DNA from: Amoebophrya sp. A120
Taxonomy: Eukaryota > Protista > Dinoflagellata
Assembly: GCA_905178155.1 (NCBI GenBank)
Contig: CAJINV010000003.1
Coordinates: 11,582,733 to 11,646,732 of the forward strand
Direction of reading: 5' to 3'
Length of the DNA: 64,000 nt
Below are positions 50,644 through 62,700 of this stretch, in pieces. Under the pieces are notes generated by a model. The model searched no databases, was not told where the DNA came from, and was given only the letters and a program-made list of their open reading frames with translations. Every line of letters starts with the position of its first letter. Position 1 is the stretch's first letter. The position numbers and the translations under genes were made by a program.

Positions 50644-53258
50644 CCCGTTGGTTAATATGACTTCTTTGAAACTAACTATGAGTCGATCGAAGATTCTGTG
50701 ATTGTGATTACTATAGGCTGGAGGTAGTTTTTATTACAGACTGTTGTACTTTCACAAGAAAATTTTCTACTAGCAATTCGGTGCTGTGGTTGGCGTCACC
50801 AGTGGTCGCCAACGCTTAACCGTCTCAGAAAATAAATCTGGTGGATGCTATTCAAGTACTTGAACTTGTTTTTGAAAAAATATACTCCGTGTTTTTTCTT
50901 ACTGAAGTGTGTTCTCCTACACTTTTACTAGAAACACTACTAGCCCATGAATCAGCAGAAGCTTCTTTTGTCGACAAGAAGATGAAGTGGAACGGAAGCT
51001 ACTAGAAGTAGAGCAGTACTAGGATTTATTACGGTACTAGGAAGTACCGCAAAAATATCTAATAATTTCTACAAGCTGTATGAGATAAAATCTTTCCAAC
51101 TGTACTAGTTGCTCTCCATCTCCTCATCTCTCACAGTTGCTAAAGTTTTTGTCAAATGGGGATGTTTTTATGGTGAGGGTGTTGATGGTTTTTCGATGGT
51201 TGAGGTCGTGTGGTTCACTACTACAACACTTGTTCGCCAAATAGGGTTGAACGCTCTTGAGTCTGTAAACGTTCCAATTGGCGGTGATCCTTCGTCGCAG
51301 GCAAAGCTAGCCGGAGAAAAAGGCGGCCGTGACAGACGGCGATGAATGTCATAAAAATATATATTTATATTCTTCACACTAATTTGGTCCACTTTGTGTG
51401 GCCGGAAAGAACTTGGTAAAAACTAAGTTGATAAGAAAAGCCTGGCGTTGTACTATTTGTGATGCTGAAAACAAATCATACAGGTGTACTCGAACAAATG
51501 GCACTTATTATTTTTCCCGGCTTTTACTATCTCAATCGATATTCTGTTTAGATCGTAGCTGTTCTGGAGCCTCTCTCATACTGATGGTAGAATCATATGG
51601 GTTTGCCTTTGCTACATGTTTCTATGGACAAAAAAAAATACCTATGCTGATGTGAGCAGCCGTCAGACCTCCACGAATATACTATGCTGAACCATGATCC
51701 TCCTTGAGCAGGCTTCTGATAGCCTAGAAATAACCTAGAGTCTTTTTTTCGTGAGCGTGATGGTCCTTAGCACCGGTCAGTATCTTCTAAAGTGCTAGTG
51801 CCTGCTCTCATTGAGTTAAGCAACAAACACGAAACAGAGTCGATAATTATGGTGAACAGACACAAGCGCGTGTTGTTCGAAGGGTTTCTCTAACTATGGG
51901 GGTACTACGCATAAAACTATATCCACTATTACTCATCGTTACATGTAGAACTCTATTGAATTTTCTCACATCAAATGTTTCCCAGCTATAGTTTGCGTTC
52001 TTTCCTATGCCGACTACCCTCGCAGTCGCAGGCTAATAGAAGTAGCAGTAGGGGTTATAAATTGTAAACTTGGTGCGTACTACACAAGTACAGAAAGGGA
52101 GTGCGATTTCTTCGAGCAGCTAATATTGCGGCTACCTCTTCTTGACACAGAAGAGCCGGGCTGTAAGTACTATTTATTATGGATCTACGTCGATACTATC
52201 TTATTTCGGTGTATATTTTCAATTGACACTAGTGGAGCATTTAAAAAAGTCGTAATTTGTACAAGGAGTATAAAGTAAAGTCCTGGCTTAGGCTTTCGAA
52301 AATTATTTATTATACACAAAAAGCAGAGCGATGAAAGGCAGCTAGTATTCGTACTGTTTTCTTGAGGGTGAAATTCTAAGCGCGTAACCACGATGTCCCA
52401 TAGATACTACGGAAAATACCTAAAACAGATCCTGAATTATCGCTGTGGAAAAATCAATTTTGTTGAGGCGAAATAAAAAAAAAAGTGGCGACTTCATGGC
52501 CTCGGCTGGAAAACAAAGAGCTCTGAACATTGATTTTCATACAGAACATAGCTGGCTGCGGAAGGATCGAGGAAGCGCGGGCTTGCTTCAAAGCAGCACT
52601 AGGCAGAGGGAACAGCGGTATCAAAGAATAGAGCAAAAATTCCTTCCCAGGAACACTAACACTTTACCAAACTAGATCTACTCGCAAAGTAGTTTTAGAT
52701 CCTATCAATGGTTAGATCAGGTGGTGATATAAATCTCCACACAAATTTGCTATCTGCTATTGGGAGCTGACCAGGGAGCTCTTCTTCTATGTTGTGCATG
52801 CTACGTCTAGTTTCAGATCGGATCGTATCAAAAAAAAGCTGCACGGTGAGCGGATCTTCAACATAGTTTCTACTTTTGATCCTACATGTAGTGCTGTTCC
52901 TGTAGTAAATTTGATCTTGCTAACAATGGCGATACCAGTTTTGTGTCCGGAAACGCAATTGGTTGTTCTTTTTGGGGGGCGCTAGGCTCTACTGATCTTC
53001 TTTTGAAGAGGGTCGGAGCTTGATAGCCCGACACTGACGACCCGACTAGAAATGTGTGCTCAGCACGCATTTCTAGTTGGGTCGACACAGCAGCTGCGTG
53101 AGTGACGTTTTTGCATGCTGAGGTTTGTGCCGTATCTTCATTTTTCCGTTTTTGTTAAAGCCCCACCGCGTCAAATAAAACCCAACCCCCCCCCGCCCAA
53201 TATATGAATATAATTCCGGCTGCGAATCCCGACCCCAACGAACCCCATCCCCCGCAAA

Positions 53259-54821
53259 CTATGGAAATAACGCCGCAAGCTTCGTTCTTCTGCCGTGGAA
53301 GGCCGTCGCCCTTAGAATTTTTCGATGGGCTTTCAAAATGTTTGAACGTGAAAAATCAGACTCAGTACCATATCGCGGCCCACCGAACGAGCGGCCCGGT
53401 TGTTGTACTAGTTGTTCGCAGTTTGTTCCTTTCGCGGTAGCCCCAGCACGACCACCCCCGCCAAGATCTACTTCTTCGCTGCCTTCGTTTATTGATACTG
53501 CTGCTGCACCAGCGGTCGGAGATGAACTCGCGAACGAACCCCAGATGGATCGTGTCATTTGGGAAAAGAAGGACGAAGAGGACGCCTTATAATTCTTGGT
53601 CGTGGTGTTGTTCATCTTCACAGGCTCGTGCTGTGCAACTACATGTTCTTGATCACGTTCTTGTAGTACTTTCTTGCTGTCGTCCTGTAGTACCTGTAGT
53701 TCATCATCATCTCCAGCATCTTCCGGCAAGAATAAACCTTCGCCAGCTAGAGGAACTAAAGAAGTAATCTCGTTTGTCGTTACTTCACCAGCTGCACTGG
53801 TAGTTGATGCAGTACTGACTCCCGTCACGTTGGAGCTAGTACCCGAGAAGTCGCCCGGAGAGGACGGACCCCAGGAGGTCGTAGATGAGAAGTTCATCAT
53901 GCTCATCTTGTTTCCGTAGTTGTCGTTCTGATCATCATAATCTTCTTCAAAAGCTACTTCATGACCGGGAGCCTATGCATTGCAAATATGTCTGGGTCTA
54001 GAGGAATGCGAGTTTGTCGTGCTTGTCTCACATGACTCTTAGGTCTGTAATGCATGTTGAGCTGTCATGCGGGAAGAAAGACACATAGGAGCACAAAAAC
54101 TTGTCATGCGTGGTTGCGTAACGAAGTGCGCCCAAAATTCACAAACTAGCGTCACAAGTTTCCTCCCGACCCAGACATATTTGCAATGCATAGAGCCGTC
54201 TCTAGTACAACTTCAACGCCCGACGTCGAAGCGACCTCGACGTCTAGGAACTCGTCAAAACTGGAAGAGGACCCGCTGACACAAGAACTCGAGTTGTGTA
54301 TCCCACAGAAAAAGACAGGCAGGGGCAGGGCATCCTCGTATTATGCAAAAATAAGAAGTACACGAAAAAATCTGTACTGCATATCCCAAATGGCACACTG
54401 TGGGTCCGGCGCCCATGACAGGAGAAATAAATCTGCTAAACTTATACTTTTGCATTTAGAAATATGACCTGCCTGTCTTTTTCAGTGGGATAGAATGGTC
54501 GGGGTGCGAAGATGAACCGGTTGATGAGATGCGGAGTTTTTCCGAGCAGGCGACCGGCACATCCTCTAAGAGCACATCGTCAAAAGCGTCCACGTACAGA
54601 CTGTCGGACTCCGCGCGCGGGCGAGCAGGACCATCTTGATGCAGCTCCACGCCGCCCCCGCGCGGAGTGGTGCAGCTCGTAGTTGTTCTTGGGCTCCTGT
54701 AGCAGCTGCCTTCCTGTTTCAGATTGTTCATGGGGCTCTTCAATCCGGTCGACGTGCTGCTGCTTGTCGTAGTGGAGCTAGCGGTGGTGAGGCTCTTCCT
54801 GTCGCTGACAGTACTCACCAT
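53259..54821 (-). CDS. Hypothetical S/T-rich protein, at least three exons
   Basis: Joins HPDH|(N/S)SSSCVSG and VLETA|PGHEVAFEE are in frame after removing two introners. Confidence 0.65.
53974..54192. mobile_element. Introner family A
   Basis: Perfect 25-bp TIR tatgcattgcaaatatgtctgggtc; direct repeat gagcc. Confidence 0.92.
54299..54492. mobile_element. Introner family F
   Basis: TIR tatcccac(a/t)gaaaaagacaggcagg, 24/25 identical; flanks ttgtg/gaatg; removal plus 5 nt restores frame. Confidence 0.8.
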
Positions 54822-56739
54822 TTTTGTTTTATTTCCCCTGCGGTAGGTCTACCTGGTGACCACGACGACGTGGCTCTTCCTCCCGATTGCAGGAGCCAAG
54901 AGCAGAAGGATTGCAGCAGCCGGCCCGTCGTAACTGGAAAGATAAAGCAAGGTTACCTACGCCAGAAAAACAAGAACAGAAAAAAAAAGTAGTAAGCGCG
55001 AAATCGGAAATAATCAATTGAAATAGTAATAGTTCTTTTGTTCTCCAAGTGATATTACGATTTGAAGATTGAAGCCCCGGCTTCTACTTCACCCGTAGAA
55101 CAAGCAAGTAAGTAGGTAGGAAGAATAGACTAGCAGTGCGCTGGAAAATATCACACGTTCAACGGGAATCAAAAAACTCGCATATATTTGGTACTCTTGA
55201 CTCTAAACTCGCATAAAATGTTAAAACTGGTAGGCTTTGTTGTTTTCTTGGAACTGGAAACTTTGAAAGTAAAGAGTAAAAACTTCGGAAAAAGATGTTG
55301 ACGTCAGCAGCTCGCCTGTAGCTCCTGTAGAGACTTCTACTTTCCGGATTAGAAATTGTGGACACTATTTTCAAATCTTAAATAATCTTGTAAAATAAAC
55401 TTGGTTTGTGAAGCGGTTCTGGGCTGATTTTGGCCCGATACTCATACTACATCTAATATCCCCTGCACTACATCGAGAGTTTTCGTTGAGGGCAAGAAAA
55501 AGGACTCCTATGTGTCTTTTTTTGTGCAGAGTATTTTCAAAACGGACTTCTGTCAGAAAAGACCTCCCGAGTCAAAACGCCAATATCGAAAGAAAGACGA
55601 TACCGGCTTCTTACAAACATGAAACCTTATGTCGAAAGAGACGGAAGAATAGGCGGTAATGTTGTGGTTGTAGTACTTCTCAGAGAGTTGGGTGCCTGGG
55701 TAGCTTATAATATACCATTCTCAATCTCGACTCATTCGTCGCACTCAATTCATTCGATCCCTCTCTTCAAACGATGAAGCATCAACAAGCACGATTTGAA
55801 GGCTGAAGAAAGTGGAATTACAATTAGACCGCAACACACAAAAACGACAGACGAATTGGATTTTACCACTCGCTGCACTCGTATACAACACTCGAAAGAG
55901 CCGGGTCGTTGTACTTCTACATGCGAAGTCGACTGTCTCCCCGTGGTTGTCTCGCCCAATTGTACCAGTAGTTTCACCAAAACACAACAACTTGACTTAT
56001 TCGCTCGTACTACTCTATTTTCAAACAGCGGCTAGTATAAACACTTGTAACGAAGCGCTCTGGAGTCAGTACTAACAGTCACCGTCTCGTCGCTCCTTGT
56101 CAAGAAGAACAAAGCCCCGTCGTGAAGGTGGGTCTCCATCGCGAAGGTGGTCCGCAGGAGAACAGGGATAACAAAAAAACAACAGAATGCGGGTGAAGAT
56201 GCTCTTTGGAGATTGTGGTAGTTCAGTTCTCACAAATACAACGTTGGAGCAAGAATACGTACACGTGCTTTGAAGTGTGGTGCTCAAACTCATCCACCGG
56301 CACCGTTCTTTCGTGCGCATTATTTTTGCAAATAGGAGGATGAAAGGCAACATCTTCTCACATTGGTATTTAACTCTGCGCAGCAGCTCCGGCGCCTCGT
56401 CGAGCGCAGTAGAATATCGCGAAGACAGAGCCGCGACACAGCCACGGGCCGGTCGGCTCGGTAAGCAGACATGACATAGATACAGAACAGATGAAAAAGG
56501 AAAGGAAAAATACGCTCTACTGAAGAACTGGAACCAAAAGATGAAAAGTCCATCGAAAAAATGAATCAATGAGGAAAGGCCCGCCTTACACTTCTCGCTC
56601 TTGCGCACTAAAAAGACGAAGACGAAGAGCGAGGAGTGTTTTTTTCTAGAATAATTGATCGCATATTGGTTCAATGAACCAGCAAAAGCCGGAAAATTGA
56701 ACAAAAATTCGTGAACAAGAATCAATTATCCTCTATCTG

Positions 56740-59700
56740 TTAGAACCTCCTCTTGTACCATATCATGTACTCCGGGTAACACTGGTCGTTGTCGTACACA
56801 ATCAACTATGCATTGCAAATATGTCATCTGGGTCTGGATACTTACACTTGTCATGCTAATTCTGAATAGTGCAACAACGTTGTCATGCTAATAACTTGCG
56901 TGATTCATTACCAAAAGCGGCCCCATTTTCTTGACCAAGTTGATGAGAGGCAGCTTCTCATGCAGGGGAGGCATGATAGCGGTCGCGCAGAATCTGTCAT
57001 GCTAGCTCATATAGGACAGACCTCATGATGTCGTGTCATGGAAAACCTGCATGAAAAAGCCCTGCAATCTACTTCCAGACAAAGACCTATTTGCGTGTGA
57101 TACCAGCTCCCGAAAGGTGTCGCGGCACTTCTCACGGTCCCCCAACACCGAGTCATAGGGGCCCCGCGTGCACTTCTGCACCAACGAATCGACGTTCGGG
57201 TGGATTTCCTCTATGGAGTGGAAGAAACATTTTTGTGCAGGACGGAGCATGTTCTTGCAGTAAGTACCTATCATCAAATGACTCAGCTTGTAGTTCCCTT
57301 CTAGACAAAGAAACCAAAACTGGAATACAACTTCGGCAATACAGATTGTGATGTTCTCTGTGCGACGGCTCGAACGGATGGGAGAAACATCCACTGATTT
57401 TATTTCGTGTCTGATGTATACTAGCACAATCTTTCTTCGCAAAGTTTCAATTTCATATCGTCGGTGTAATACACGTTCCCCAGGACCACCCGACACAGCA
57501 GCAACGGCCGCAGCCCCGTCATGTACTCCGGCTCAGTGTACTCATCGGACTTGGAGCACGTATGGGAGTGTCAGGATTGAAATCGACAAAGTTGTCATCC
57601 ATAAAATCGATACCAGTTGGAAGCCCAATTTCTAAGCGGCGCATGACAAATTTCGGCACCGTCCAAATCCAGTTTGTCATGCTGTTTAGGGACAGAAGGC
57701 GTCTTTCGTCATGCGACTTTAGCAGCTCTATCGGACACCTATATCAGAAATTACATTTCAACTTTGTCGATTTCAATCCTGACACTCTTCCATAGCACGC
57801 TTCCGCAAAGTAGAGTCCTTTTCCGTACAGCGTGCCCGCGTGCGACCCCGATATCAAATGCAAATATGTCTGGGTCTAGAGATTTGTGATTCAAGTCAGG
57901 GAACAGTGCGCGCACCGTATTGCACTGCCAAGCATGACACGTTTTTCCGTGGTTCTCAGTTGCTTACTCCGCATGAGAAACTGCGTTGTTCCATGACAGG
58001 CAAGAGGAGCTCTGTGCAGCCACGCAATACAGAGCTCAGAGTCATGCCCGACTGGCATGCCAAACCCGCACTCTTCCAGACCTAGACATTTTTGCAGTTG
58101 ATACCCGACAAGTCCAAGCGAAAGTCCGAGCTCGTGATCGCGGTGGCCGCGTCCGGCTTGGTCCCGTGCCACAGGTATCGTAAGGAAAAATTCCCCCTCC
58201 CGATATCGAAAAGTAATGCGGATTTGTGACCACAAAGAGTAAGAAAAAGTTTCGGGTCACACCGTATGTTTATTTAAAAAATACAAAAAATGAAATTAAA
58301 TGCAACAATTGATTAGTTTTACATGTCCCGTGATGATGAAGCTCTTTAATTAAGTATGAGAATAGATATCAGCTGAAGACGATCCGGCATGGTCCCCATC
58401 CATTGAAGGCGGTCCGGCATGGTCGTCATCAGCTGAAGATGATCCGGCATGGTCGCCATCGGCTGAAGATGGTCCCGCATGGTCGTCATCGTCTCAAGAC
58501 TGCCCGCAAAACCTTTGGCGCGGGAAATTTACCACAGGGCGCCCCCGATGGCACGCACGGCGAGCCTGGTCGGCGACGCTTCCACGCCGCCCAAGGAAGT
58601 CAGCAACAAATCTGAGCGACGGGCAGCGCTTCGCCGTTTCCGGGCGTTCTACGGGCGTAGGGAGCCCGGAAACGCCCGGCGGCCGTCTTTTTCCGGGCGC
58701 GCCAAGTACAGGCGGGGCCGACCGAACAAAAAGCCGGGCCAATCTTTGCCGGGCGGTAGTTTCGCAGCCGCCCCCTAGAACTTTGGCGCGCAGCCCGCCC
58801 GGCGATCTTCGTCGCGGCGAACTTTTTCGGCAAAATCGCCGGGCGACAATTTCGCGGGCAGCCCCTGCACCCGGCCAGACGCTGCCTGCCCGCCACCGTT
58901 TCCGGGCGTTCTACGGACGTAGGAGGCCCGGAAACGCCCGGCGGCCTTCTTTTTCCGGGAGGCCAGCACGCAGCCGCAAGCCCGCCGGCCCGCCCGGCCG
59001 GCACTCGCGCGCGCCTTTCGTTGATGGTGATCACCTGGCCAATTCTCCGGAATGATCGCGAAACTGCCGACCCCGATGATCGTCTCCAGCTGACGACGAC
59101 CAAGCGCGGACGTCTTTCGTTGATGGTGATCACCTGGCCAATTCTCCGGAGCGTCCGCGAAACTGTCGACCATGATGATCGTCTCCAGCTGACGACGACC
59201 AATCGCGGACGTCTTTCGCTGTCTGATGGTGATCACCTGGCCAATTCTACGGAGCGTCCGCGAAACTGTCGACCATGATGATCGTCTCCAGCTGACGACG
59301 ACCAATCGCGGACGTCTTTCGCTGATGGTGATCACCTGGCCAATTCTACGGAGCGTCCGCGAAACTGTCGACCATGATGATCGTCTCCAGCTGACGACGA
59401 CCAATCGCGGACGTCTTTCGCTGATGGTGATCACCTGGCCAATTCTACGGAGCGTCCGCGAAACTGTCGACCATGATGATCGTCTCCAGCTGACGACGAC
59501 CAATCGCGGACGTCTTTCGCTGATGGTGATCACCTGGCCAATTCTACGGAGCGTCCGCGAAACTGTCGACCATGATGATCGTCTCCAGCTGACGACGACC
59601 AATCGCGGACGTCTTTCGCTGATGGTGATCACCTGGCCAATTCTACGGAGCGTCCGCGAAACTGTCGACCATGATGATCGTCTCCAGCTGACGACGACCA

Positions 59701-62700
59701 ATCGCGGACGTCTTTCGCTGATGGTGATCACCTGGCCAATTCTACGGAGCGTCCGCGAAACTGTCGACCATGATGATCGTCTCCAGCTGACGACGACCAA
59801 TCGCGGACGTCTTTCGCTGATGGTGATCACCTGGCCAATTCTACGGAGCGTCCGCGAAACTGTCGACCATGATGATCGTCTCCAGCTGACGACGACCAAT
59901 CGCGGACGTCTTTCGCTGATGGTGATCACCTGGCCAATTCTACGGAGCGTCCGCGAAACTGTCGACCATGATGATCGTCTCCAGCTGACGACGACCAATC
60001 GCGGACGTCTTTCGCTGTCTGATGGTGATCACCTGGCCAATTCTACGGAGCGTCCGCGAAACTGTCGACCGCGATGACCGTCTCCAGCTAACGACGACCA
60101 ATCGCGGACGTCTTTCGCTGATGGTGATCACCTGGCCAATTCTACGGAGCGCCCGCGAAACTGTCGAGCATGATGATCGTCTCCAGCTGACGCCGACCAA
60201 TCGCGGACGTCTTTCGTTGATGGTGATCACCTGGCCAATTCTACGGAGCGTCCGCGAAACTGTCGACCATGATGATCGTCTCCAGCTGACGACGACCAAT
60301 CGCGGACGTCTTTCGCTGGTGGCGATCACCTGGCCAATTCTCCGGAGCGGCCGCGAAACTGTCGACCGCGATGATCGTCTCCAGCTGACGACGACCAATC
60401 GCGGACGTCTTTCGCTGATGGTGATCACCTGGCCAATTCTACGGAGCGCCCGCGAAACTGTCGACCACGGTGATCGTCTCCAGCTGACGACGACCAATCG
60501 CGGACGTCTTTCGCTGGTGGCGATCACCTGGCCAATTCTCCGGAGCGGCCGCGAAACTGTCGACCGCGATGATCGTCTCCAGCTGACGACGACCAATCGC
60601 GGACGTCTTTCGCTGATGGTGATCACCTGGCCAATTCTACGGAGCGCCCGCGAAACTGTCGACCACGGTGATCGTCTCCAGCTGACGACGACCAATCGCG
60701 GACGTCTTTCGCTGGTGGCGATCACCTGGCCAATTCTCCGGAGCGGCCGCGAAACTGTCGACCGCGATGATCGTCTCCAGCTGACGACGACCAATCGCGG
60801 AAGTCTTTCGCTGATGGTGATCACCTGGCCAATTCTACGGAGCGCCCGCGAAACTGTCGACCGTCCGCGCTGATCGTCTCCAGCTGACGACGACCAGGTG
60901 ATCACCTGGCCAATTCTACGGAGCGTCCGCGAAACTGTCGCCCATGGTGATCGTCTCCAGCTGACGACGACCAATCGCGGACGTCTTTCGCTGATGGTGA
61001 TCACCTGGCCAATTCTACGGAGCGTCCGCGAAACTGTCGACAATGATGATCGTCTCCAGCTGGCGGCGACCAGTCGCGGACGTCGGTCTTTCGCTGATGG
61101 TGATCACCTGGCCAATTCTACGGAGCGTCCGCGAAACTGTCGACCATGGTGATCGTCTCCAGCTGACGCCGACCAGTCGCGGACGCCTTTCGCTGATGGT
61201 GATCACCTGGCCAATTCTGCGGGGCGCCCGCGAAACTGTCGACCATGATGATCGTCTCCAGCTGACGACGACCAATCGCGGACGCCTTTCGCTGAATGAT
61301 GGTGATCAGCTGGCCAATTCTACGGAGCGTCCGCGAAACTGTCGACCACGATGATCGCCCCCAGCTGACGCCGACCAGTCGCGGACGTCTTTCGCTGGTG
61401 GCGATCACCTGGCCAATTCTACGGAGCGGCCGCGAAACTGTCGACCGCGATGATCGTCTCCAGCTGACGACGACCAATCGCGGACGTCTTTCGCTGATGG
61501 TGATCACCTGGCCAATTCTACGGAGCGCCCGCGAAACTGTCGACCGTCCGCGCTGATCGTCTCCAGCTGACGCCGACCAACCGCGGACGTCTTTCGCTGA
61601 TGGCGATCACCTGGCCAATTCTACGGAGCGTCCGCGAAACTGTCGACCATGATGATCGTCTCCAGCTGACGACGACCAATCGCGGGCGTCTTTCGCTGAT
61701 GGTGATCACCTGGCCAATTCTACGGGACGCAGGACGCAGGAGAAAAAGACAGAAGCAAGTAATGGCGAGCAATGCTTTATGCTGAGCACCAACGACAATG
61801 CTTATTCTACCAATTCAACAAGTCAATGCATGTGGTCAGCTACTAGCCCCATCTACTTAGTTAGTTAATCTATGACCCCACTTAACATGCTCAGTTAGTG
61901 CATTGCTAACTCTGTGACTAGTTAACTTATTTAATTTCATTCTTTGCAATTATTTAATTAATTTTATGGCGCAACCCGAAAACTTTTCTAAAACAATCTT
62001 TTTGTCTTGCAAGAAGGCAGGTCCATAGTCTCCGCCACCTTGTGCAGGCGGTTTGTGATGCTGCTGGGACTACAGCGCGGATATTTGTGATGCTAAGCGT
62101 GTACTTCAGAAAATCTCCTACTCAGGACCGGCGTATGCCTGTAGTCCTCTACTGCAAGACAGCTCTGATTTGTGTACGCAAGTCCAGCATCAGAAACTTC
62201 GTTTTGATATCGATATGGGAAGGGGGGACTCTTCCTTTTGATAACAGGTAGAACTCGTTCAAATGCGGGCTGATGGGCTCTTTCGCGAGCGGCGTGACCG
62301 GCGCCCACTCCTTCTGCGCCTTGTAGGTTTTGATGCCAAAGTCCAGCTCCGTGTCGTACCGGGCAAACGCGTTTTTGCCCAGCGTGTTCCGCAGGGCCTT
62401 CAAATTATCAAAGATCTGGTCGCGGCGGCAGGTGTAGCTCAGGTACGTGTTCGGCTGCTGCACTTGCACCACCTTGCACACCTCGATGCCCTGCGGCACG
62501 TTTCCCCCGTGCCGGTCCCGCGTGTACTTGCGGACAAAGGTGGCGTCGCACAACTTCTGCATCACCTGCAGCAGCTCGTCGGTCATCTCCGGCTTGTAGG
62601 TGTCCTTCTTGATGAAGCGGAGGGCGTCAAACGTTTCCGGCAAATTTTTCACCCGCTTGTACACGTCGACCGCCGTCAGGAAGGTCGGGTGCTGCTCGAG

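Larger units (their letters stand above)
58236..61992. mobile_element. Nested non-autonomous element with imperfect AT-rich TIRs of about 70 bp
   Basis: Left agaaaaagtttcgggt...aatgaaattaaat versus right (reverse complement) agaaaagttttcgggt...aatgaaattaaat; possible acaa target duplication. Confidence 0.65.
58176..62243. mobile_element. Introner family C expanded to 4068 bp by a nested insertion
   Basis: Both ends are homologous to 27088-27419; perfect direct repeat acagg; removal gives FYL|WHGT. Confidence 0.88.

Noticed and set aside
59021-61725. CRISPR array or repeat-protein gene
   Set aside because: There are no unique spacers and no cas genes. The long ORFs on both strands are a by-product of the 99-bp period and are broken by 4-nt insertions.
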